From contig NIVC01000575.1 in NCBI GenBank assembly GCA_002269645.1, positions 372,001 to 436,000 on the forward strand: 64,000 bases of DNA, given 5' to 3'. This DNA comes from Macrostomum lignano. Its lineage: Eukaryota. The translations under genes and the position numbers were made by a program. The notes below the pieces were generated by a model. That model had not been told where the DNA came from and made no database searches. It was given only the letters and a program-made list of their open reading frames with translations. Below are positions 1 to 18,900 of this stretch, piece after piece. The first letter of the stretch is position 1, and every line of letters begins with the position of its first letter.

Positions 1-4432
<4,432 letters not shown>

Positions 4433-4769
4433 TCTCCCCCTCTTATCTCCTCTCTTCTCTATCCTTTCTACTCTCTCCTCTCCTCTTGACCCTCTGTCAT
4501 CTTCTTTCTGCTCTCTCATCTCTACTCTCTTCTCACTCTTCTCTACTCTCCTCTCATCGATCCTCTGTCTCATCTCTCCCCTCTTCTCACCTTTACTCTT
4601 TCCTCTCCCTCCTTTCTCCCCTCCTCTCGCTTCTTCCTCCCTTCTTCTCTGCTCTCTCCTCACCACTTGTCTCTCCTCTTATCTTCCATGTTTTCTCTTA
4701 TCCCCGTCTCGCCTCTCCTCTCTTCTAATAGTCTATTCCTTCCTTTCCACTCTCATCTGGCCCGCACAT

Positions 4770-4818
4770 AAGCTGGATTCTTTATCTGGCTTTTGAAGTA
4801 AAAGTCTGCCGATCCCTG
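4770..4818. mobile_element. hAT (Charlie/MER58-like) non-autonomous element, right terminus
   Basis: agctggattctttatctggcttttgaagtaaaagtctgccgatccctg ends in a degenerate AGTTTGCCGACCCCTG-type TIR; homologous to 31120-31172; preceded by a CT-rich tract. Confidence 0.5.
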
Positions 4819-7404
4819 CTTCGAAAGCCAGTCTGTGGGACGTACTACTCTCATCGTTATTCTCATGCTTTGATCACGTCATCTTTCTTGCCAATTTGCA
4901 GCCCTGAAAGGAATTTGTGTATCTTCAGCTCCACTGCAGTCTGCATCAGTCTAACAACCAATGAAATATGCATTTCTTAGGCCATTTAAATTTCAAAGTA
5001 CTTTTAAGAGAAACTTAAAATTTCAATGGTGTGCCTAATTTAGTAGGGTTGTATTTCATTGCATCGCATCGCCTTTTCATAAATCTTTCGCTTTTACAAA
5101 CCATGCTGGATTCCCTCGATTTGCCAATTGCCATCCAGTGTTAAACTGCTGCAGAGTTTGCCAATACAGAGGGGAGGGCAGTGGTTAGAATTTCTCACTA
5201 AACCGTCATGGCTAAACGTAGCCTCTCCACTCTCGGGGTGCAGAGAAGGCTATAAATAAAGTTATTCCAAAACACTGTACATTTGCTATGTACATTCAGT
5301 CCTATCGCCTGACCCTTCGTCTGGGCTGGGGGAATGAGCGAGTGAGAGGCACAAACAACAGAAAAAGCAGACAAAATTCACATGCTTACAGTTTCTGTCC
5401 TGATTGAGATACAGAGTTGAGACTTTACATGTAGGCAGAGAATGAGTCAATAAAGAATTGTGTCAAATTTGAAGTCAATCGCTTCACGTGGAGCAAAACT
5501 ATGGCAGCCGAAAGTTAGGCATTTTAAAACCTACTCACACCCTTTGCCCAGATCGGGAAAGAGAGGCAGGCGGGCGGAGGTTGGGGTGGCTGCCTCGCTG
5601 AAAAAACAGCCAAACTTTAAAAGTGCACAGCGCCGTTCAGGATTAACTTTCAGACTCGAAATTTTACATGATTGTGCCAAAATAGTTTAAGATTATATGT
5701 GTCAAATTTGAAGAGAATCGGTAGAAGTGGAGCGGCGCTATGGAGGATTTAGTGAAAAAATTGCGCATTTTGAGCAGTTTTTTGCACTTTTAGGTGGGAA
5801 GACTCAAATTTAGGAAATTAAAAGGTAGCCTAAGACATTTTCCGTAGTAAGTTTAGGGTGGGTGTAAAGTTTGGTGTCATTTGGTTGAGCGGTTTGGGAG
5901 TCCATAGCGAAGTAATTTGTCCACAGACAGACAGAGTTTTGATTTTTATAGGTAGAGATGAGCTCGTATAGCATGAATGAATAGCATGAATTGTCAGTTG
6001 CTGCTGGGTATCGCACGTATTCGTTATTACTAGCGAAACAATCATGAAATTTGTTATTCTGCATAGATTCTCTTCACGTGAAGAAGAATGTTAAATTTGT
6101 CCAGGACACTTCCTAATTCATATTTAATAAAATAAAGCAAAAAAGCTTAAAATAAAGCAGTTTACTGGTAGTTTGTGAGGAATAAACAAATTTAATGGTT
6201 GTTCCTACGATTCGTACGACAGAAACTAAAGTGTCTGTAGAAGTGTCTGAATAAGTGTCGGCGAATGTTTAATACGTCGGCCAAAGCATGTTGACAACTT
6301 TCGTCGAAAATCAAAATCACTACGGCGAAATTTTCTTTCGTTTGAAAAACAAAACTTATAATTTAGCAGTAGAAAATGGGTCTGTGGACTAGGCGAATTA
6401 TGCAGTCAGGCGAAATGTACTGTACGCGATGCTAGAACATCATGTTGCAATTATACACGTATGTGTAGTAAGACATAGGTAACTTTGTTTTTTTCACAAG
6501 TTGTAAGCAAATTAAATACGGCCGACTTCTAAATGAATGTATAATACATGTACAGAAAAGAGGATGTGGCAATTGATTCAACGTCACGTCGTCTAGCTAA
6601 AATCACCATAACAACTGAATGGTTCAATTACAGTTCCATCCACGACATCCAATAACATTTATGATGAGAAGTTAGATCGACGGACCGAGCAACACTCCAG
6701 CAAGAAAGAGAAGCGAGCCTAACGAATCTAAAGATGCATGGCCTTGGAGGTGCGAAGGAAACTATAGAGACAGACAATTAAGGGGTGCAGGTGGGAACAT
6801 AGAAAATGCGTGCACAATCAATACGACTGGACTTGCTAGCGATACAATGCAAAATATAAAACTTCCGGCCGGATTTTCCAATGAAAAAACCGCGTATAAA
6901 GCTATCGATGTTTTATATGTTATTCCCACTTGCTATAATACATGCATGTAGATGTACGTATGTGTACAATTCGTGTGTGTTAAAATTAGAGTATTTGGAT
7001 CGATTATGATTATGATCCTGTCCTTCCAAAAAATTTCACCGACTGAATTTATATTCAATAACTTTCGCCAACATCGCGTATTCGCCGAAATGATGGAGTA
7101 GACATTAAATATGCACGAATTAGAAACTTTTTTAGGCTTGGCACAATTATGTTCCTAATCGACAAGCCTCGTGTGGATTCGCTCTTTAAAGTCAAATGAA
7201 AACGCTGGACTTGTCAGGTGGCTCGTGGCTTGTAATACTTTTCCCCAAGCCTACGGATTTGCACAACAGCAGAAAATTTGTTGAATACATGACGAAATAA
7301 AGAGCATAAAGATTAAATTCATTTAATGAATACTTGTACGTAATTAATTAGTTTTGCAATTCACAATTATAAATAATTTTATCAGCACAGACTGATATAA
7401 TAAA

Positions 7405-9953
<2,549 letters not shown>

Positions 9954-10569
9954 GACGTTATAACTTGGATTAGCACCAGCAGCTCTGCCGGAGTTGTCTA
10001 TACCTGTCTCGAGTCTATTTAAGCTGCAAAATTACAAAAAGTAGCTCTTTACGGGGGACATAGGGACACCTTTTATTTCTTAGTCTCATTTTGAGTCTGG
10101 TAGCTCATCTCTCTACCCACATTCGGCATCTTTTCCTGGGGGCGTAGGGGTGCTGCTGCTCTCAGGTGTCTGTGCGGCCTCATCTATATTCTACAGTGCT
10201 GCTGGAAGTGTATGAGAAACGAAGGGCACACGGTGTATCAAAGATGGGGCTAGCGTCAGTGCCCACAGTTGAAGACAATTGGAGATTGGCTCCACCCACT
10301 GCTCCATCCCAGTGGGGCAGAGGTGGCTGTTTCGGCCACTATGCAATGTTTGCAGTAAGCTAGATAGAACAGAAGTAAAATGAAATGTGGCTGAATGTGA
10401 CAAAAAACCACCCCCACAGTGCCACAGGACGAGTGAGCAGTTAATTGAATCTCTGTCGGTGGCCTGTTGTTGCAGCCTACTAGAGCAAACAGTTGAGCAT
10501 TTGAGCTAATAAAAAAGTAATAAGATAGTAGGCCAGATATCCCAGCGATGAAAGAGCGATGAAAAAGGA

Positions 10570-11365
10570 TGCAAATGAAATGAAAAGAGGAGAGCGAGAG
10601 AGGAGAGCGACAGAAGAGTGCGAGAGAAGAGTGCGAGAGAGGAGAGCGAGAGAGGAGAGCGAGAGAGGAGAGCGAGAGAGGAGAGAGGAGAGCGAGAGAG
10701 GAGAGAGGAGAGCGAGAGAGGAGAGAGGAGAGCGAGAGAGGAGAGAGGAGAGCGAGAGAGGAGAGAGGAGAGCGAGAGAGGAGAGAGGAGAGCGAGAGAG
10801 GAGAGAGGAGAGCGAGAGAGGAGAGAGGAGAGCGAGAGAGGAGAGAGGAGAGCGAGAGAGGAGAGAGGAGAGCGAGAGAGGAGAGAGGAGAGCGAGAGAG
10901 GAGAGAGAGGAGAGCGAGAGAGGAGAGCGAGAGAGGAGAGCGAGAGAGGAGAGCGAGAGAGGAGAGCGAGAGAGGAGAGAGGAGAGCGAGAGAGGAGAGC
11001 GAGAGAGGAGAGAGGAGAGCGAGAGAGGAGAGAGGAGAGCGAGAGAGGAGAGAGGAGAGCGAGAGAGGAGAGAGGAGAGCGAGAGAGGAGAGAGGAGAGT
11101 GAGAGAGGAGAGAGGAGAGCGAGAGAGGAGAGAGGAGAGCGAGAGAGGAGAGCGAGAGAGGAGAGTGAGAGAGGAGAGAGGAGAGCGAGAGAGGAGAGCG
11201 AGAGAGGAGAGAGGAGAGCGAGAGAGGAGAGAGGAGAGCGAGAGAGGAGAGAGGAGAGTGAGAGAGGAGAGAGGAGAACGAGAGAGGAGAGAGGAGAGCG
11301 AGAGAGGAGAGAGGAGAGCGAGAGAGGAGAGCGAGAGAGGAGAGAGGAGAGCGAGAGAGGAGAGT
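10570..11365. repeat. GA-rich minisatellite built from GAGAGGAGAGC-type units
   Basis: Repeated gagaggagagc / gagaggagaggagagc blocks between EYA and FANK1. Confidence 0.95.
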
Positions 11366-12282
11366 AAGAGTTCAGTCCAATTTATATGTTCAGATGGAAT
11401 GCGGGACAATAGAAGAGATTCTGATTGAATTTTTTCTTGGACTTAACCGTAAGAAGAGCATCAGCAATGACCAACAGTAATGCTATAATTGATATCGCTT
11501 TGATAGGACAGGACAGAATAACTGTAGGTTTAGTGTATATTTGCAGCTTAGCATTATGAAACATAGCTTATTTGCCAGCCGAAGCGGGAACAGAATAGGC
11601 AGTTGATTATTTTATTTGTACACAGCGTAGGGAGACAAAAGCAGAAGAGAAAAAAGGGTTTGAATTGGGTCAGACACTGAGTGGGTATATAAATAATATT
11701 TGAAACAAATTTGTTTAAATTTGTCTGCAATCGCAGCTAAGGAGAGGGGATCTTTCAGAAAACCTTGAGGCAAACACAGACAACACAGTATTGATTGCAC
11801 AGGCACTGCGTACCAGGGCAGCGTTTGTAACAGGAAAAATAACAGATATTGTCATTTTTTCAAACAATGACTACGCGAGTCGAACGACAAACAAAAAAAT
11901 CTTATAAGTTGATCTGTAACTCTGCTGAACAAGCCTGCTGAAGATAGCAAACTTATTAACAATATTTCATTGCATATTGCAACAGGCTCGCATCGCGAGA
12001 GACACATGAAAAAAGTTGTTTGATAATCAACGATAAGGGGACACAAAGCAGCAAGCGGAAAATTTAGCGATAAAACATTTGGGTGAAATGTTCGTCAGAA
12101 AACAAAAAACTTTTGAATTTATCAATTCACGGAATGGCAATTCTCTGTTTTAAATTTCACTGTTTAAAACCAATTCAAAAATTTAATTAACCCTATGACC
12201 CTACTGATAGCGATTGGACAGTAGACAGGTGTGTGCGTTGCATCTTACAGAATTTCTACGCGAAATTTCTTGTCGGAGATCC

Positions 12283-12870
12283 TAGAGAGACCTGACCCTA
12301 GACTAGAGAGACTTTGACCCTAGACTAGAGAGACTTTGACCCTAGACTAGAGAGACTTTGACCCTAGACTAGAGAGACTTTGACCCTAGACTAGAGAGAC
12401 TTTGACCCTAGACTAGAGAGACTTTGACCCTAGACTAGAGAGACCTGACCCTACACTAGAAAGACTTTGACCCTAGACTAGAGAGACTTTGACCCTAGAC
12501 TAGAGAGACTTTGGCCCTAGACTAGAGAGACTTGTCTCTAGATAGACTTAAACCCTAGAGAGACTTGAATCTAGATAGACTTGACCCTACAGAGACTTTG
12601 ACCCTAGAGTCAGAGACTTAACCCTACAGAGGCTTCGACCCTAGAGACTTGACCCTAGAGAGGCTTTGACCCTAGAGACTTGACCCTAGAGACTTGACCC
12701 TAGAGACTTGACCCTAGAGACTTGACCCTAGAGAGGCTTTGACCCTAGAGACTTGACCCTAGAGAGGCTTTGACCCTAGAGACTTGACCCTAGGGACTTG
12801 ATCCTAGAGACTTGACCCTAGAGAGGCTTTGACCCTAGAGACTTGACCCTAGTTGACCCTAGACCCTAGT
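12283..12870. repeat. 22-bp gaccctagactagagagacttt array grading into a 14-bp gaccctagagactt array
   Basis: Direct inspection; array ends ~40 bp past the EYA stop codon (3' UTR side). Confidence 0.93.
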
Positions 12871-12909
12871 TGAAGATAGTTTTTCCCTTCAATAGCTGCC
12901 GGGCTCAGC

Positions 12910-15900
12910 TCACAGGTAGCCCATGTCCAGGGCATAGCTCAGCGCGGCCAGATCGTTGTGATTCTGCACGCGCCAGAACGGCCAATTAAGCGACTTGGCT
13001 GCGGCCTCTTCATCGTGACTGTCTCCAATGGCAACGTAGGTCGGCTTCCTGCCGTAGCGACTGGCAATGCGCTCAAAGCAGGACTCCTTGCCGATCTTCG
13101 TGGCCGAGTAGACATTTTCAACGCTGAAGACCGGGGCCAGGCCGAATACGAGGATTTTGCCCAGGGCCGGCACAAGCTGGGTGTTCGTCACCAGGACGTT
13201 CACGCAGGCGGATCTGTTAGCAATGATGCTGAGCGACTTCAGCGCCAGAGTCAGCCAGCTGTCGGTGAACTGCTCAGTCTCCTGGCGCACCTGGTGCCAT
13301 TCTTCCCGCTTTCCCGGGTCCAGGAGGCCTAAAGGGAGTGCAGAGAAAAGTAATACAACTATTGAAATTATTCGGTAGACCACATTAGAATAAAATAATG
13401 GGAATAAAAGAAAAAGTAAGTTGTATAATTATAAAGGTTCATTCACACTACCGGCTACCGCCACAAGAGAAATCAAATCACGCGAGCAATTTACAAACAA
13501 ATCAAATTTGATGTACGAGTTGTGTGACAACATGAAAATTGGTGTTAATTGATGGCGGTGTGAGCGTGTCTTCTCTTTCTTTGCCCAGTTCAGTCTTGTA
13601 TTCTTATCTCTTTCCCTCGCTGTCTTTTGGCTCTTCAATCTCGCCTCTTTCCTCAGTCACGCAAGCCACCCCACCCCTCTTCTTTTTGTTCTGTTTACTA
13701 TGTTTTCTCTCCCTATCTTTCTAGGTTAAGTCTTGTTAGTCTTATCTCTCTCCCTCGCTGCCTTCTGATTGGCTCTTCAATCTCGCCTCTTTCCTCAGTC
13801 ACGCAAGCCACCCCACCCCTCTTCTTTTTGTTCTGTTTACTATGTTTTCTCTCCCTATCTTTCTAGGTTAAGTCTTGTTAGTCTTATCTCTCTCCCTCGC
13901 TGCCCTCTGATTGGCTCTTCAATCTCGCCTCTTTCCTCAGTCACGCAAGCCACCCCACCCCTCTTCTTTTTGTTCTGTTTACTATGTTTTCTCTCCCTAT
14001 CTTTCTAGGTTAAGTCTTGTTAGTCTTATCTCTCTCCCTCGCTGCCCTCTGATTGGCTCTTCAATCTCGCCTCTTTCCTCAGTCGCGCACTCCACCCCTC
14101 CTTTTCTTATCTGCACCCAACCCCCCTCCCCTAATAAAGTGCCTTAAGGCTATTAATACAGCAGTGAGATGGGGGAAGTGTTGAGACAGGCTTGTGTGTT
14201 TTGGACCATGGACAACTGATCTCTATGGCTGTTCATTGGTATAAAGTTTTTAGCATTCATTCTAACAATTTATTTAAGTTCCTACTATACCACTCAATAA
14301 ATTCATAGCAAGAGTGCGCTCGTAGTTTCGAAGTGTTTTTATTTTTTCCAGATGATTTCTCACCGGGAGACAGCGGTTATTTGCGCTTCACCTGCCGACT
14401 CAAGCAAGCACTGACCAGGCTGAATATGGCGGGAAAAATACTGCTCAGAAATCAAATAATTTTCGTCTAAAAGCTGGGCAAACACAGAGAAACAGGAATT
14501 AAAAGCTATTTAAATCCACTTGCTTCCTTTGTCGTTTTTGTTTTCTGATCACGGAACGGCTTCCGAATAATTTTTGGGAAACAAGCAACGATTTAAAGAA
14601 AGGGATTTTTATCAGGTGGCAGCAGGTGGCAGTTTTTCTTTCACACCTGCGCTCCAAATACGAGCATGTCTTTTTTATAGATCAAAAGTCCATTTCAACA
14701 TCTCCAACTGAATCTATTTTGTAATCTAACCTCTTATTCTACTCACTTAAGCTATCAATCTACAAGTGACTTCTCGTACTTTACGTCCTACTTCCCGATC
14801 TAATTCCCGATCTACTTCTCGATCTACTTCCCGATCTACTACCCGAACTACTTCCCGATCTACTTCCCGACCTACTTCCCGATCTATTTCCTGATCTACT
14901 TCCCGATCTACTTCCCGATCTACTTCCCGATCTACTACCCGATCTACTTTCCGATCTACTTTCCAATCTACTACCCGATCTACTTTCCGATCTACTTCCC
15001 GATCTACTTCCCGACCTACTTCCCGATCTATTTCCCGATCTACTTCCCGATCTACTTCCCGATCTACTACCCGATCTACTTTCCGATCTACTTTCCAATC
15101 TACTACCCGATCTACTTTCCGATCTATTTCCCGATCTACTTCCCGAACTACTTCCCGATCTACTTCCCGATCTACTACCCGAGCTACTATGCGATCTGCT
15201 ACCCGATCTACTTCCCGATCTACTTCTCGATCTACTTTCCGATCTACTACCCGATCTACTACCCGATCTACTACCCGATCTACTTCCCGATCTACTACCC
15301 GATCTACTTCCCGATCTACTTCCCGATCTACTTCCCGATCTCCTAACCCAATCAACTTTTGATCAATTTTCTTCTCCTCTTTGCTCAGTCCCTAGCTGCT
15401 TTGCTTTATTTGCCTCAAATAGTTTCGTTGTCAGTCTGGTTTTTTCAAGCTTTGCTTCCGCCCCGCCCCCCCCCCCTCGGTCTCTGCCTCTCCTCGCTCG
15501 CAGAAATCCGTTTTTATCCGCTCCGCCAAATTCAATGTTAGGATCGCAAAGCGGGGGGAGCGGGCCAGCAAACAGGGGGCGGGGGTTGAAAGGTGAAGGT
15601 TTTTGTAGGGAAAAGATAGACGGAGAAATCTGAGACCACCTGCGTGGCCAGGATTTTTGCTTGAGTTCCCCCCCCCCGGGGTCCCAAAGCTGCTCCGCCC
15701 CTACCCGAGCCCAGCCTCGCATGATGATGCTGAGACTGCATGAAAAAATTTCATTGCCATCGGATTCTGCAGATTGCGCGGGGCTGTTCCGCATCGACTG
15801 TTCCGATTTCTAGCGTTTCGCTAATTCCTTCTTCTTTTTCTTCTTCTAGAAGCAAATGCAACGCGGAAGCAATTTTTATTATTTCCAGGTTCGTCTCAGG

Positions 15901-18900
15901 TGGCGCTTTTTGACTGGCAATCAACAGGTGAGCGCTGAATAGTCATCATCTGCGCCAGATTTGGGATTTCTTGATTATTGGACCCGAAAAGACGCGGAGA
16001 AATAAACAGAGATTCAATTATTGAAGGCTAAGAGGAAATCGCGCCAGGCTTACAAAAATTAGGCAGACATGGCTGTGTTGGGAATAATAATTTGTTGACC
16101 TCCCATCTCCATCTCCTATCTTCTTCTGTTCTTCCTTATCTCATCCTCCCCCTATCCTTCTCATCCTCCTCCTTCTCACTCCTCTCCTTTTCACCTTTCC
16201 TCCCCACCTTCCTTCACACCTCACTCGTCCTCACAATCCTTCTCACCCTGTCCTTCTCATCCCTCTCCTCACACCTCTCCTTTTCACTCCTCCTTCTCTC
16301 CCTCCTCATCTTTCTCCTTCTCATCCCTCTCATTCTCATCCCTCTCATTCTCATCCCTCTCCTTCTCATCCCTCTCCTTCTCATCCCTCTCCTTCTCATC
16401 CCTCTCCTTCTCATCCCTCTCCTTCTCATCCCTCTCCTTCTCATCCCTCTCCTTCACATCTCTCTCCTTCTCATCCCTCTCCTTCACATCTCTCTCCTTC
16501 TCATCCCTCTCCTTCTCATCCCTCTCCTTCTCATCTCTCTCCTTCTCATCCCTCTCCTTCTCATCTCTCTCCTTCTCATCTCTCTCCTTCACATCCTTCT
16601 CCTTCACATCTCTCTCCTCATCCCTCTCATTCACGCATCTCTCCTTTTTCTCCCCTCTACTCTTCACTCCTCAGCTTCTTCTTTCGTTTCATTGGCAACC
16701 GAAAGCGGGACACCCACCTCCGACATTGTTCCTGTAGGCGTTGTACACATCCTTGATGCGGCGGTAACGGTACGCCAGCTTCCGCATCCACTCCACGCCG
16801 CCGCGCATCCCCCCGGCCATCCCTGGCTGCATGTTCGCCGTGCCGCCGACAAAACCGTCGTTAGCAAAGTCGTAGCCGGCCAAGTCCTGCCCGTTGTCGT
16901 CCGAGCTGACATCGTCGATGTGCACCTGGTCGCACTCTTCCAAGTCGTTGAAGAACAGGTGGGCGTCGGCTAGGCGGAAGATCAGCGACTCCAGCCGCAG
17001 GGCCAAGTTGTATGAGGCCTGGGTGTCCTGCGGGTGAAATTTGAGATTGCCTTAATCTCTTGTTCTCACCGATCTCCCTCTCCCCTCTCCTTCTAACCGA
17101 TCTCTCTCTTCTCTCTATCTCTCACCGATCTCTCTCCCTGCTCTCTATCTCTCACCGATCTCTCTCCCTGCTCTCTATCTCTCTCTCTGCTCTCTATCTC
17201 TCACCGATCTCTCTCTCTCTGCTCTCTATCTCTCACCGATCTCTCTCTGCTCTCTATCTCTCACCGATCTCTCTCCCTGCTCTCTATCTCTCTCTCTGCT
17301 CTCTATCTCTCACCGATCTCTCTCTCTCTGCTCTCTATCTCTCACCGATCTCTCCCTGCTCTCTATCTCTCTCTCTTCTCTCTATCTCTCTCTCCCTCTT
17401 CTCTATCTCTCACCGATCTCTCTCCCTGCTCTCTATCTCTCTCTCTGCTCTCTATCTCTCACCGATCTCTCTCTCTCTGCTCTCTATCTCTCACCGATCT
17501 CTCCCTGCTCTCTATCTCTCACCGATCTCTCTCCCTGCTCTCTATCTCTCACCGATCTCTCTCCCTGCTCTCTATCTCTCTCTCTTCTCTCTATCTCTCT
17601 CTCCCTCTTCTCTATCTCTCACCGATCTCTTCTCTTCTCTCTATTTCTCATTAATCTCTCCCTCCTCTCTATCTCTTACCGATCTCTCTCTCCTTTCGAT
17701 CTGTCTCCCCTCTAATTTGTCATCGACCTTCCTCTCCCTGTCCAGGATACAAGCGCTGAAGTCAATCAGCTAAATTAAATTTCTAATTTCAAACGAACTC
17801 TCATCTGCAGTTCGTTGCCAATCTAATCTAAGAAAATGAGCTCAACTAAGCAGAAAAGATGAGTCGGCCGTGTCGGTAACAGGACACTGCCACCTGTCAT
17901 TAACCCTCTGAGCTCTCCAGTTTGAAACTGCATCAACACAGGCGGCTGTAAACTGGCCCCGGGGGGGGGGGTGCTTCCTCAGACTGCATGTCCATCAGGC
18001 TCGGTGTTACACTGGAGTTGAGGAATGCAACAAGAGATTTAGAGAGAGAGAAAGAGGTGCTGAGGTGGGGGTGTCGAGCCAGCCAAGGCGTCATTAATTT
18101 GCATGTAATTGGACACCAGCAAGAACACCGAAGTTAATGGGAGGAAAGGGTGGAGCCTACATGCATATATTTGAGATGTATGTGCTTATAAGCCGCATAT
18201 AAGAACCCAGTGCATTCAACGCTAGCCGAAGCAAGTAGTTGCGACTCAATGCATAATTCAAGAGCGAATGAATAAATTTCTAACACAATCTGTTCGGCCT
18301 CGAAATGGCCAGTTCAGGATTGGGTAAGGGCTCTGCTTGGGCACTTGAAAGCATTTGTGCTGACACTCTATGCGCTAGGTATGAGACTCTAATGAGATAC
18401 AGGAAGCGGCTGTGAGAGTCAGGCTGGAGATGCAGGGAGCGGCTGTGAGAGTCAGGCTGGAGATGCAGGGAGCGGCTGTGAGAGTCAGACTGGAGATGCA
18501 GGGAGCGGCTGTGAGAGTCAGGCTGGAGATGCAGGGAGCGGCTGTGAGAGTCAGACTGGAGATGCAGGGAGCGGCTGTGAGAGTCAGACTGGAGATGCAG
18601 GGAGCGGCTGTGAGAGTCAGGCTGGAGATGCAGGGAGCGGCTATGAGAGTCAGACTGGAGATGCAGATAGCGGCTGTGAGAGTCAGGCTGGAGATGCAGA
18701 TAGCGGCTGTGAGAGTCAGGCTGGAGATGCAGGGAGCAGCTGTGAGAGTCAGGCTGGAGATGCAGGGAGCGGCTATGAGAGTCAGACTGGAGATGCAGAT
18801 AGCGGCTGTGAGAGTCAGGCTGGAGATGCAGGGAGCGGCTGTGAGAGTCCGTCACTCACCTTGCCGAAGCGCGTGGCGTAGGTGCCGCCCAGCAGACTGT

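Noticed and set aside
6390-7095. Possible TIR pair with ggcgaa motifs (Mutator-like)
   Set aside because: Similarity is short and patchy, with no TSD or transposase.
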